DNA from: Bilabrum cf. latius
Taxonomy: Eukaryota
DNA: 64,000 bases
NCBI GenBank assembly: GCA_965178125.1
Contig: OZ237735.1
Location: forward strand, 2,666,001 to 2,730,000
Direction: 5' to 3'
Shown here: positions 1-12,023 of the stretch, in pieces
How positions within the stretch are numbered: the first letter of the stretch is position 1
Layout: each line of letters opens with the position of its first letter
Program-made: the position numbers and the translations under genes
The notes under the pieces: model-generated
The model's input: only the letters and a program-made list of their open reading frames with translations
Database searches by the model: none
Told to the model about the DNA's origin: nothing

Positions 1-3000
1 GTCGTCTGTCGGTCGCTCGAACCCGGTGTCCTGGCCGCGGATTGCTGCCTTGCTGCGGAGGTGCGCCAGGAGCTGCATGGCAGCTGCAGCCTTGTCTGAG
101 CCCAGTGTCGCGGGGTCTGTCGCAGCACCACCAGCGACTCCCGATGCTCTAGGTGCCGGGGGCTCTCCCAATGCGGCGGGGCGGAATGACGCAGACTGCA
201 GCGCTTCCCGCTGCTGCCTCCTCAGCTCGTGGTTCTCTGAGGTCAGCGCGGCAAGCCGGTCTGCCACGAGGAGGGACTCCTTGGCCGCAGCCAGAACTTC
301 CTCGTTCAGCTTGTTCTTTGTGCTGGCGGAGCTGCCGTCGGCTCCTTCTTCCAGCTGGCGCGCCTGCTCCTCGTGCTGCCTTACCATCTCTCGGATCCGC
401 TCCACCCTCGCAAGCTCGTCCGCGAGCTACGCACTGCCCGGCGATGCCGCTGCAGCGCTGGGACCAGCTAACCCAGAGGCATCCAGCGCGCCGAGTGCCT
501 TGGTTACGGAGCTCTTACCCGACTTCGAGGGCGAGCTGACAAGTCGGCCGTGCTGCCTGCGAGAGCGAAGCAGCTTCTCATTAGCTTGGTGCATGGTCTC
601 CACGGCCTGCCGCAGCTAGCTATTCTCGATTTCAGCCTCCAGCAGGGCTCTCAGGCTCTTACTGTGCTCGCCAGCGAGCTTGGCCAGTTCAGACGCTTGC
701 TCAACGGACATATTCCTGGTTATGAGGTCGGCTTGGTGCTGCGCTGCATCCAGCAACGGAGTTAGCATGGCTGGCTGGTCCTCTTCCTTGTTGGAAGCAG
801 CCGCCCCTTCGGCCATGTTTTCACCATCGGGACGCTCGCTTGCAGTGCCGCGAGCCGTGTAGCCTTCATCTGCCCTGCGCGGCTTGCTTACCGATGCTCC
901 TGCATCATTGGCCGCGATCTGAGCGTGGCGCGAGCCGTTGGCAACGTTTGCTTGTTGCGGCACCTCGTCAGCATCGAGCGGCCCGTGCGCTAGGAGCTGC
1001 ATGTCCATCCACTCTCGCACAGACTGGAGGGCTCTCTGCGCCGCCCGATCCAAATCATCTTCACAATCAGCGTCCGAGGTGGTAGAGCCCCTCGACGTGC
1101 CTTGAGCTAGGCCCGCGAGGGCGCTCGGCATGTCGGCACGTGCCGCCGCCGCTCTCTCAGCAGCAGCAGCCCGCCCGAGTGGATACGTCTGTACCGCGTC
1201 CATGGATGGCAGCCCTGCAGCACGCGGTGTTCTGTTCTCCTACTCTGGGGAGGCGGGCGGTGACAGGTGCGCTCCCGGGGCCACCCTGGACGAACGCGAG
1301 GAGACCGCCCTTGCCGCCGCTGCAGCCGCCCTGGCAGTGGCCATGCCGGCAGATTCCGCCTGCAGCAACAGCGTGGCTTCCAGCTCCCGCACCTGACTCA
1401 CTGCAGCCGCGACTGCCATCTGGCCGGCTCGCCTGGCTCGGCGCACGACCTCTTGCGGGGACTGGTCGCCGTCCTCGTCGTCAACTGGCAGCCCCGCCGA
1501 TCGCAACGGACTCGCAGGCACCTCTGTGCTCAGCTGTTGCTGTGCAGTGGCCACTGCTCGAAAGGCTGCAGCTGCTGCTTCTGCCACCGGACTCGCGTTT
1601 CTTGCGCTTCGGGACAGGCCCTGAATGGCGGCCAGGTCCTCGTTCCGCTCAGGCGGGGTGCGCGGGCCGCTGATGCGGAGACCTTCCGTGCTGGCCACGG
1701 CTGAATCGCCCTGGGTGCTGGGGGTAGAATCGCGCGCTCCGGTCTAGCTTGCATCGCTGCCCGCCTCCACGTTGTTCCCCATCGACTGCACAATCCTGCT
1801 CAGTGAGGACCGTGTGGATGAGGGCTGGCGCACCTGCTCGGGCAAAGCCGGCGCGCGGAGTCCCTTAAACCCAGTAGATCCCCGGCGAGGTACTTGTCCC
1901 AGAACATCCAGGTGTGCCGGGGCGCTACTGCCCTCAAGCACACCAGGAGAAGACACGCGCCTGCCATGCTCGCCCGTCGACTCGTGTCCGTGTTGGTGGC
2001 CGTTGTCTCCGCTGGTGCGCTACCGTCCGCTTGGCAGTGGCAGCTGCGTGAATGCTCTCGGAGACTCCCTGCCACTTGGCAACGTGTCTCGCAACCTGTC
2101 CGTTGGGCTGGGAGGACCGCGCTGGGCGTCGATCTGCAAAGATATTGACTCGCCTTCGGGGCGCCAGCCCGCGCCATGTGCCGTCAGTGGGAGCGATTCG
2201 CATGTGTCCCTGGGGCCGTTGCTGCCCTCTGCGACGACGCGCAACTGGCTCCGGCTCCGGCTGGGAGAACTCCCGCTCCCTGCCGGCGCACCGCCCTATC
2301 GCACCCCATTTCCTCCTCCCATGCTGCTGTTGTCCTATGGCTCGATATGAGCGCTCTAATCTTGCCGCCTGTCGCTCCCACTGGCTGCGGCTGATGCTGC
2401 CGCCGAAGAGCCGAAACCAGCCTCTGCATCCTCCGGGGCACCGCTGCTTGCTCCTGCCGCCGAAGAGCCGAAACCAGCCTCTGCATCCTCCGGGGCACCG
2501 CTGCTTGCTCCTGCCGCCGAAGAGGCACTTTCCTACGCCGCTGCATATACAGGTGCACCAGAGTCTCCGAATTGAATTGTTCCCTGTCCCGTTGTTCCCT
2601 ACAGGGCCTCGTCCAGTCTGACAGACGCACGGCGCGCGTGCTCGCTGTCTCTCCTCTGCTGGATCGCCCTCGCCTCCGGATCTCTCTGCATTTCCATGGC
2701 ATCCACCAGAGTGGACCCGGCACTCGAACGAGACAACATATGGGATGAAGCGGATGGGGAAGGGTGCTAATTTTCTGGCGGAAATTCGTGTGACGCTGTA
2801 GACGAGGCAGCCGCAGATGGGATCTGGGCGTCGGCTAGTTCCGCCAATCGACTTTCCAGGCTAGCTATAGCAGCTGAAGACTTTGGAGACCCACCGGATT
2901 GCGAAACAGGGCTATACATAGATGTTTCCGAGGCTGGGTCTGCCACTGTCCCTCCTGGACGCCTTTCTGATGGTATGTGCCTAGCAGGCCGCTTGCGCGC

Positions 3001-3410
3001 AGGCCGTCGTCCACTTGTCCATGGTTTCCCCCCCGACCTCCGCGCCCCGACCAGAATGAGGGGATGAAACTTAGAGGCTGGCATGAATAGAGCTCTGCCC
3101 GGATCGCTACGGAATTTCCTCCGTTTGTCTGGCGCTATTCCATCGTTCGTGGAGTTATTGTCCTTTGCAGTAAGTTCTACTCCGACCCACGTCCCGGAGG
3201 GGACACCCCGTCCACGTAGGATACCAAACCATTTAACAACCTGGGGACAATGCACGGGGCAAGCGAGGCGCGGCACTGGACATAGGTTGCACCGGTACTT
3301 GGCAAAGACACTAATTGGCGGACCATTTGCGCTATAATCCGACTCACTCCCTCTTTGCCTCCTATCGTTGTACTGACAGTCTGACCAACATACGGTCGAA
3401 CTAATGGCAT
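1..3410 (-). CDS. CAP-Gly domain + coiled-coil protein (CLIP-170/p150Glued-like architecture), 3' partial; exons 3410-3348 and 3240-<1
   Basis: Spliced N-terminus MPLVRPYVGQTVSTTIGGKEG|VVKWFGILRGRGVPSGTWVGVELTAKDNNSTNDGIAPDKRRKF is a CAP-Gly domain. Intron 3347-3241 is GTGAGT..CCCCAG. ORF fragments 2767-3240, 2020-2244, 1744-1956, 1240-1698 and 616-1203 share one frame and are separated only by TAG (about 11). The frame stays open to the window edge and has coiled-coil-like stretches. Confidence 0.75.
2397..2524. repeat. 57-bp tandem repeat, ~2.25 copies, coding (SSAAGASSGAPEDAEAGFG)
   Basis: Unit ctgccgccgaagagccgaaaccagcctctgcatcctccggggcaccgctgcttgctc starts at 2397 and 2454, with a partial copy at 2511. 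Confidence 0.95.
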
Positions 3411-3927
3411 GGTCAATTACGGGCTTGTATCTTGCAGATGCTCGCGAAGTAGCTGACTCCTTCACGGACAAGGCGCCGCGCAATGCTCCGGATCCGGACT
3501 GATTCCAGGTTCCGCTGCAGATTGGGCTGTGAAGATTGATATAGAGTAAATGAACGAGAATCTCGCACAGATTCACAACGAACTTCTGACTGCTCACTTG
3601 GAGCACCGTTCGGGGGAACGAAGGCACACGAGGCAGCGCCACCATCCTGTTGCGCGAGGTGGATGGGCGTCGCCACTGGGCGAGCAACGGGGTCGCGATT
3701 TGCGACTGGCTCTGCTGTCCGGTCACCGGGGAGGCACCATTGCTGCACACTTTACGCCCTGAACGAGCGCGGGCAGCACCATGCACGACAAAGCATGCTG
3801 ATTGCACACAACAATCATTCGCTGCGGCAGGATCCCATGTACCCGGAGCCAGAATCACACCAAACAGATTCGTGGGTCCTGGCAGATTGCTCCGGAGAAA
3901 AACAATGGTCAGATAAAGCCGATTGTC

Positions 3928-6900
3928 ATGAATCAAAGTTCTTCATCAGCTCCAGGAAGCCAGCCGAGTAGCGATGATCCGAATCTAGCAAACAGTCAGA
4001 GTGCATTTGAACCTGATGCTTTGTTCGGCGAATCCATGCCTCTGTAGAGCCAAGAATTTGACGAAGACACATTTTCTGACGACTAGAACCCAATGTCTCC
4101 GGTTGAGGCCAGAGACGGTCCTGAGCCACGGGGAGAGTTAGCAGCACTGCGAGAGCAGCAAGCTTGCGTCGCTACTAGTGCATCGTCCAACGCACTGAGT
4201 CCACCTGACTCCAAAAAAGCTGGCATCACGGCGGCGCTATCGGACTCATAGGCATCATTACACTCGTCCGCCAAGCTCGATGGGCCTGGACGTGGTGATA
4301 GCGAGAGGCGTAGCTTCTCCAGCGGTGGAGCTCAGCCACGAGATTCTAGTGCAGATCTGCTAGACTCATCATCGCATTCTGGAGTGAAAGGGACGTCTAA
4401 AACGTAGCATAGACCCGGTGATCACGCACCTACCGATGCAGCTGCGCGGCAGAGCGACTCTACGTCGCTTTCAGGAGGTAGCCGCGGACCGGCAGCCGCA
4501 GTGTCACCCGCGGCCAGCAGGGACACGAGCAGCGCCACAGTTCCTAGTCGACCCTCGGGGCCTGCTTCCATGCCGAGTGGTGCGGCAGCACTCATCGGCT
4601 CTGCCCCTTCTCCTGCAGCTGTCAGCCCCGGCTCCGCTCCCTCGGTTCAGGCTCGCATGGCCCCCGCGCTGGTGCCCGCCGGCAGGGACGAGACATCCTC
4701 TCTCCTCCCCGGGCAAGTCACGTTCGTGGACCGCTCCTCCGAAGACTCAAGGAATTCTACTGGACGTAAGGCTAGCAAGAGCTCTGGGCCCCGCGCGAGC
4801 GAGGTCACAATAGCCCCAGACGGTGAAGGGGCCGGCAGCAGCAGCAGTAGCAGCAGCAGCGACTCTCGGCAGCACGAGGCCCAGGTGCAGGGGCAGGCCC
4901 AGGTGCAGGGTCAGGTGCATTCGCGTGAGCACAAGCAAGAACACGACACGAGCGGCAGCTTGAGCCAGCCCCAGGCGGAGGCTGCAGTAGATGCAGTGAG
5001 GGCAAGCGATCGTGATGGAAGGCCAACCCGAGACCCCGCGGAGGGCGGGGGGATAGTGTTGGCTGGCGTGCCGCGCCCGTCTGATAGCAGGTCAGACAGC
5101 AGTGCCAGCGCCATGGGCACGGACACGCAGAGCAGCAGCCAGCAGGAGCAAGCGTCGGCTGACCAGTCCTACCAGAGCATGGAAAAGCTGGACGGTCCAG
5201 GAAAACGGGATGGCGGCACGTCCACAGATCAACAGGACGAAGAGAATTGCGTTAGGTCTCCACCCGATGCTATTGGCCAGAAGCGAAGCCGGCCATAGCC
5301 GAATACGGCCCCCAGCCACTCGTTGGCACCGGTGATGATGGCGCGGCAGCGAACAGTCGAGCCAGAAGGCATTCCTGCTGGCCAGGCGGTGCTGACGCCC
5401 GACGCGTCTGGACACCCGGCCAAGAAGCCACGGGTAGAGCCAATCGGCAGCCACAGCCGAAGTACTTCACCAACAACTGCAAGGGGCGTTGCCATGCTGA
5501 ATGAGAGCTCCTTGCTGCAAGAACAGCAGCACGCTGCGACCAGCAGCAGCAGCAGCAGCAGCGGGGGAGGTCGGCAAGCCCCATTAGCAGTGCCGGGCGA
5601 TCGATTTCCCGTCCCTTCCCAGAGCCAGGTACAGCTGAAGCTAGCACAGTCTTAGCCAGACGAAGCCCGACTGCCCGCGGCGATGGCGGATGCAGACGAC
5701 CCGGACGGGGCGGCGCGTGGCCTGCTGACGACTCCTGCGGATGCTTCCACGACCGGTGCCACCTCGGCGTCCTCGGGCGGTCTTCGCAGCGGGGGCTCTG
5801 GCGGCTCTGGTGACGCTCGAAAGCAGCAGCGAGACAGCCAACCAAACGCGGTAGATGACAGCATGCGATCACCAGCACCACAAGGCAGCTCCCAAGGCAA
5901 AGAGCGGCCATCAGGAAGGTCTCCGACAGCCAAGCAACGGAGTGAGGTTGCCCTGCAGAAGCCGCCACCCACCAGCAAGCGCAAGCCCACCGCACCTAGG
6001 ACCAAACGCGACGGCGTCGAGCAGGCTAACGGTAAAGTCGATGCTGCAGCGGATAACATGCAAGCTGAAGAAGACATGCTGGTTGACGAGGAAGACATGA
6101 AGGCCCTGGCTGCTGCGTTTGCAGACCAGCAGAAGAAGGAGGAGCAGCGAACGAAGAGACAAGGCAAAGAATCAAGCCGTGGGGCTGGTCGGGGCGACAC
6201 GGACCAACACGCAGCTGCTGCTTCAGCGAGCGCGTCCAGGGCGAATGGCGCCTGCAAGGAGCTACCGGCCATCGCCGAGATTCAGCCGGGTCGTACGGTG
6301 GACACGGTCGGCGTTGTCACCGAGGCGAGCCACCCGAGCGGGACAGGGGGCAAGGACCACAAGGTGGGCCTCTCGCTCATCGACGACTCGATGGCAGAGC
6401 ACGCCACAGCTGCGGTATCCGTGGATCTGAACATTTTCATCAAGCCGGCACACGTGGACGTTGGGCTGCCCTTTGGACGCGTCTCTCCCAACCTTTGGGT
6501 GGCACAGGCTGGAGACATTCTTGTCCTGCGCCGAGTGGGCATGCAGTCCAAGTATTCCGGGGGAGGGGCCTTTCGGAACTTGGTGGCGCATAGCGACAGG
6601 ACCCATGCGGCCTTCTTTATTGTGAGCGGTGCCACGGGGCGCGTGCTGTGCCGATGGCCCGCCACTGCCAGCTTCAGACCCAGGGAGGCCAACAGGGTTA
6701 GATGCCTGAGGGAGTGGGCGCAGCCGCGGCTGCGCAGGGCACCCTTCCACCAGATGGAGTACTAGATGACAATCGAGGATTTGCTGCTAGAGCGCGGGGG
6801 CATCGACCACCGGTCCAGCAATTTCGATCTCGTCGGCATGCTGGTTGGCGCCATTGTGGTGGATGAGAACGGCAGCCAGCTCGTGGCTGGATTCCCGCCC

Positions 6901-8502
6901 TGCTCCACAAGGATCAAGCCTGGGCGCTTGCTGGATCCCAGGAACCCGCAGCTGCGGAACCAGGTGATTCTACTCGTGTGGGACGGCACGGGTGACGCAG
7001 AGAACGGCTGCTTGGGGTTTGGGCACCCGCCCGTGGCTCGCGCCACGCCAGAGGCCGGAAAAGAGCTAGGAGTCGTCACTGGGTGTCGAGGCGCCATCAT
7101 GTCTGTGGTGGCCGTGTCGCGTGGCGTGCAGTACCATTCATGGATGCTAGCACACCGTCTCAGCAACGGTGCCAAGCAGGCTGCCAAAGAGAAGCTCGCT
7201 AGCACCAAGGGTCCAAAGCCACGAGAATCCAAAGCGGTTGCCTTTCGGAAAGCATCCACAGCGCCTTCTGCGGATGATTCCAGGGCCACGGCTGTTGGCC
7301 AGGACGAAGGTACAAGCACGGACGTGCCCAGCCTGCGACCCGGTGATTTCATTCGATTCTCCAAGCTCTGCGTGAAGCATAGGGGCAGGCCCCCACCCCT
7401 GCCACCTGCCGATCCAGTCGACCAGCACGGGAGGCCATTGCGCGGCGCTGCGAGGCGGCAGTGGCTGGTACAGCGCCGGACCATACAGAACCAGCACCAC
7501 AACCAGTCCCTCCTGTACGCAGAGATGAGTGCCCAGAGCTCCTGCACCGCAGTCCCAAGGGATGCGTACCCGTGCCAGGAGATCTTGAGGCGAGCGGAGG
7601 CATGGCTTCCTGCTGCTGGCGTAACGGATGGCTCCAGTGGCGCTACCAGCTCGAGTTCGAGCGCATCGGCCAGCAGTGGCGCAGATGCTGCGGCACCTGC
7701 AGACGAGGCGAGGATAGCACAGGGCGGCACTTCCGGGCCAAGCGGCACGTCGTCAGGCGCTAGCGGAGGCACTGGCAGTGGTTCCGGTGCTATCGACCCC
7801 GCCGCAGGGGCGGAGGTTCCCAAGGACGCTGTACCGAAGCAGCACCACTCATCTCCAAAAGAGGCAATGGCAGACCTCCCAGAAGTGTACAGCCCGCCGG
7901 TCGCGCCGAATGCCGCGACTGCGATCGTCACGCGCATCTCTCGACAGGGTGCTGCAGCCCACGCAAGCAAAGTATTGATAGACACGCACCCTGCTGGCCG
8001 TGATGGGTCGATCGCACCATCCTGCTTCAGGAGCATGAGTGCGGGTGCCACTGCGCGGCTGCAGGGCCAGGTCACGAGCCACTGGCCGCTGGACCATCGC
8101 GGCGTGGTGGGGGTGGGCAAGGATGGGAGGAGGAGGGTGCTCGCAGTGCTGACCATCGCGGACGAGTCAGGTGCTGCCGATGTGGTGCTGGCGGGGCGGA
8201 CGGCTAGCCGGTTCTTTGGGCTGCCGGAGCCGGGCCCAGGGCCTGAGAGAGCGGGTGGGGCCGGTTCCACCAGCACGGAGCGCGCGACTGGTTCATAGGA
8301 GTGGGAGGCTGCTTGCCACGCCAGGATTGATGAAGTCATGAGACAGCTTTATGACGACGGCATGCGGCGCAATTTCGTGGACGTGCTGGTGCGGCGGGCC
8401 ATTGACGCAGGGCCGGGAGGAGGTGCGGCTGGAGGCAGCGGCTCGGTGTACAGCCCCGTGCAGGGCTTGCTAGTCGATGGCAGGTTTATTGGACGCACAT
8501 GA
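3928..8502 (+). CDS. POT1: Protection of telomeres 1 (OB-fold telomere end-binding protein), ~1524 aa with long disordered N-terminus
   Basis: OB1: IAEIQPGRTVDTVGVVTEASHPSGTGGKDHKVGLSLIDDS..AGDILVLRRV..VRCLREWA. OB2: FDLVGML..ILLVWDGTG..LRPGDFIRFSKL. C-terminal OB: LTIADESGAADVVL..ASRFFGLP. One frame runs from ATG 3928 to TGA 8500-8502, interrupted only by 8 TAG codons, including 6763 between OB1 and OB2. The start codon is uncertain. Confidence 0.8.
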
Positions 8503-8618
8503 CGCGAGGTGATCATGGAGGCGAGCTGATATATTAACTTTTTAGCTCTGTTCATGCTATTGCCCATTTTAAATGCCTCCCATCGAGAGAGGCTGCTACA
8601 CGGAGCCCACCCATCGTG

Positions 8619-9841
8619 TCATCGCCGGCCGCTGCTCCCCCCGCCCACCATCAGCTTGAGCCTGGACTGCACCTCCTCAAACACGGCCCAGGTCAGCGCC
8701 TGGGACGTCGCTCTCTTCGCTGCCCTGGCGGGGAGCCCCTTCCACAGGGCTGCCACGCCTTCCTCCTTGACCATGTCGCGAGCAGTGCCCAGCAAGGCGC
8801 GCATGCCGAGCCGAGGCGTACTAGCCGGCGGATTCGCCCCGGCAGAGTCTCTGCTAGATCGGGCCGCGTCAGCCGTGGCCGCCAACACTTGCTGCCTGGT
8901 CTTGATTGCATCGGCGGGATGCGTCACAGTCGTGGCAACCACGCCTGCCAGCAGTCCGCAGCCGAGGTTCTGCAGCGCCAAAGGGACGCCCCATCCGCTA
9001 CCCTGCTCTGATGGCCCAGGTTGCTTCACTAGCACTCGCTTGAGGTGGTCGTACACGAGATAGTACGTGCCAGAGAAGGGCGCGTCTCGAATGACGGTGG
9101 GCAGGACGCCGACGAACAGCCCGCGCGCCCCTTCCGCACGGATCACCGACCGTAGCTCCTAAACCAAGCCCTTGTGGCTCAATGCTGCGTCTGCGGCGCT
9201 CACGCCAGGTCGAACCTTGCGCCACTGTGCAAACTCAAGCCGGGTCTTGACGACGCTGATCGGAGATAGCATGACGATGGCTAGCGTGCGAGCCAGAGCG
9301 CTGGCAGCGAACGTTCTGGTCGCAATGTCGCCAGCGGAAAGGATTGACATACTTTGTGATTTGCTGCGACCAGACCCAGCTGCAGACGGCTTGGGCCCAG
9401 AGGTAGCAGCCGCGTGATTCTTGCGAGGGACACCTGCCCGATCCAACAGCTCGTGGAGCAGCGTAAAGTAAAACCCCGCCCCAACAAAGACGCGAACCAC
9501 GCTTGGTAACATACCTTTCCAGAGCGACTTCCACCCCTCTTCTTCTACCAGAAGCCTGGCAGTTCGTAGAATGCTCCTGCGCACCACATGCAGATGAGGG
9601 CTGGTACCAGATGGTGTTAAGGCGCAATAAGAGCACGAGTGGTCAGCATACTGATGGCGATAATGGTGCTGTCTCACAAACTCCGAATCGGACGCGAATT
9701 AGTTGTCATGGTGCTGTTCTGTGCCAAGATTCTCTGTCGATAGCTCTGCTACGTTGTCCGAATCACATCCAATGGCTATAGAATGGCTGCTGTCATGCTC
9801 CCGCTCAGAGCACCTCCTGCAAAATTCAAAAGTTGATCCAT
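8619..9841 (-). CDS. SLC25A38: Mitochondrial carrier, SLC25A38/Hem25-like (glycine carrier family), ~373 aa; exons 9841-9678 and 9576-8619
   Basis: Three carrier repeats: MDQLLNFAGGALSGSMTAAIL[TAG]PLDVIRTT[TAG]Q, SPISVVKTRLE and HPADAIKTRQQ. Family-typical RVFVGAGFYF and RDAPFSGTY are present. Intron 9677-9577 is GTGAGA..CGCAG. In-frame TAGs lie at 9776-9778, 9749-9751 and 9159-9161; the gene ends on TGA. Confidence 0.85.
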
Positions 9842-9932
9842 TTCGTCCAATCACAAAATCACTTCAATGGTTCGTAGTGCGACACTTTGCTCCCAGTCAC
9901 GCATCAGTCGTCACACGATCCGATCCATTCGC

Positions 9933-10851
9933 TCAGTCCTTCTTGAGCTCGAAAGTGCTCCTCGTGATCCCGGCCTTCTCGATCACGAATATCTCGATCG
10001 CGTCACCCGTGTAAATGTCCCGCTCGCACGCAGTCACGAATGCCTCCTTCGCGAGCTCCACGGCGTCCTCCACTCCCATGGCCGGCTTGGGCGCGGGGCG
10101 GTGCTTCCAGCCGACCAGGTTGTCCAGCAGCGGGATGATGAGCTTCTGGCCCGCCCCCTGGCACGCGTACCCGACTCGCTCGAAGCTCCCCACGGCATCG
10201 TACGTGTACACGGCGCCCTTGCCCTCGGCGTCCAGCCCAGCCAGCACGTTGAACGCGTAGTACGGGAAGAAGCGGCGGTAGTAGAGGGTCGTGCTCAGGA
10301 GCTGTGCCATGGCAGGGGCAGAAATCTCCGAGTCGTGCTCGTGCTGGTACTCGTCTGCGCGCATCCCAAGAACCTTGTGTAGCGTGGCAACGTCGGTGAA
10401 GCAGCCGCCTGTGCCGAGCACGCACGTGGAGCTCAGCTTCACCGCCTTGCTTTGGTCCCTGCTCAGGATCCTGTATCCTTCGGCCAAGCGAGTGTCGCAA
10501 GCCAACACAGCAAAGTTATCACCCGAAATACCGAGGGCAGTGCCACCATTGAATTCGTAAGGGCTGAACCTGTGTCCAATCGGCCGCTCCTTACCATCCA
10601 CGCTGCGAGACATTTGCGACAGAGGCGACAAAATGCGCAGCTTGGAGTCGATCGTATTGCGCACGATTACATGCATCTATCCATACTCACGTCATTCCAC
10701 TAGCCGATGCTACCGCTTTCTCGAAAGCGCTTGCTCGGTCAATGGCAGCCGATGGCGCCTCGACCGTCGTGGCAGAGGAAGGCAGCGACGGTGCGCTATC
10801 CGTTGCCTTGGATTTATCATCGAGACCAACTGGACCGCTGTTCGTCCACAT
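9933..10851 (-). CDS. PSMB1: 20S proteasome subunit beta-6 (PSMB1/PRE7), ~276 aa; exons 10851-10691 and 10602-9933
   Basis: HRFSPYEFNGGT, LYYRRFFPYY, GKGAVYTYDAVGS, ERDIYTGD and terminal LKKD-TGA. The predicted intron 10690-10603 (GTGAGT..CTCGCAG) keeps the frame. Alternative unspliced starts are ATG 10613 or 10676. No TAG codons. Confidence 0.93.
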
Positions 10852-11162
10852 TACGACCGATCTGTGAAACGAAGCAAGCAGCACTGTCATCACTCAAAAG
10901 TTCTCGCAAGGATTCTGACGTATGAATCATGAGAATCAGATAAGAGTTCAGCAGCAAGGAAAATATACACAACTTACTCAGAAGCAGCGGAGGCTGCCAT
11001 TTCAACTAGTTCTTGTAGACCCCAATGTAAGCTTGCCAAGATCCGCAAGCAAGGACGGCAGCTCGCCCCATCTTCATTATTACGTTATGTTATGGGTAAA
11101 TCCGAATATTGTATTGAATTCTACATATTTCCACTTTCCCTGGCCCCAACCGGGGTCTTGTC

Positions 11163-11922
11163 ATGTTCTTTTCGGTAAGACTTAATCATGAGTATTTATG
11201 AACTGGTACCAGCAAGATAATTTTCAATTTTGTGGTTTGTGTATTTGCCTACTCGATCGAGTGCAGCTGCAACTTCGACGAAGCATCCAGTTGCACCCCA
11301 AGTACCTAGGCAAGAATCTGAAGACGACTGTAGCAGACCAGCTGAAGTAGGAGACTGTTGGTAGGCTGGTTGATGGCGTCGGCTACGTTGTCATAGTTTT
11401 GGATGTGGAAGAAGGCGACGTTGGCAGCATCGACCCCCTCACAGGGTTCGTCAAGTTCGACGTTGAGTATCGAGCGATCATGTTTCGGCCATTTACCAAG
11501 GAAGTCCTGGATGTGGTGGTCAGCACGGTGGCCTCTGATGGCTTCTTTGCGATGGCGGGGCCTCAGGAAGTGTTCGTGTACAGAGCGGTAAGGTTGCGTG
11601 CACACACGCCTTCCGCACTGCCAAGTCACAGCAAGCTAGCAGCATCATGCTTGTTATTGCCCCTGCTCGTTCCTCGCAGCACATTCCGGAGGAGTACGTC
11701 TTCAATGCAGATGAGCAGTCGTGGGTGTCGTCCAAGTCGGGCGCTGCTGTGAAGAGCGGGAGCACGGTGCGGGTTAGGCTAGGGTCCTCGGAGGTGAAGA
11801 ACTCCAGGAAAGAATCAGGGTGCATGGCTAGCATCCACGGGGCATTTCTAGGCCCCGTGGAAGAGAGCTCGGACGATCTCGGAGCTGCGATGGGCGGAGC
11901 TGGTGACGGGTTTGCTTCCTGA
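11163..11922 (+). CDS. RPB7: RNA polymerase II subunit RPB7, ~191 aa; exons 11163-11174, 11267-11587, 11680-11922
   Basis: MFFS|LQLRRSIQLHPKYLGKNLKTTVADQLK[TAG]ETVG..YRAIMFRPF..EVLD..GFFAMAGP..|HIPEEYVF..FLGPV. Two 92-nt GT-AG introns (11175-11266, 11588-11679). In-frame TAG at 11348-11350; the gene ends on TGA. Confidence 0.92.
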
Positions 11923-12023
11923 CGGTAGTCTAGGCTGCTGTGGGGCCGGGAGAAACCCTTCAAGTTGGTAACTGTATTGTGTGCTCGACCATGTAATCTG
12001 GTGTTTGTACGTTAATATTAACC

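Noticed and set aside
6762-8339. Long antisense or alternative-frame ORFs (e.g. 6762-8339 -, 35839-36963 +, 40273-41718 +, 51664-52851 +, 60349-61896 +)
   Set aside because: They are shadows of GC-rich genes on the opposite strand, with S/T/A/P/R-rich composition and no recognisable motifs.
9749-9778. UAG read as Trp (A-to-I editing), Leu, Tyr, Glu or pyrrolysine
   Set aside because: Informative sites align to Gln and lie in CAG runs, and conserved Trp residues use TGG. U-to-C editing to CAG cannot be excluded from DNA alone but would require more than 100 events in this window.
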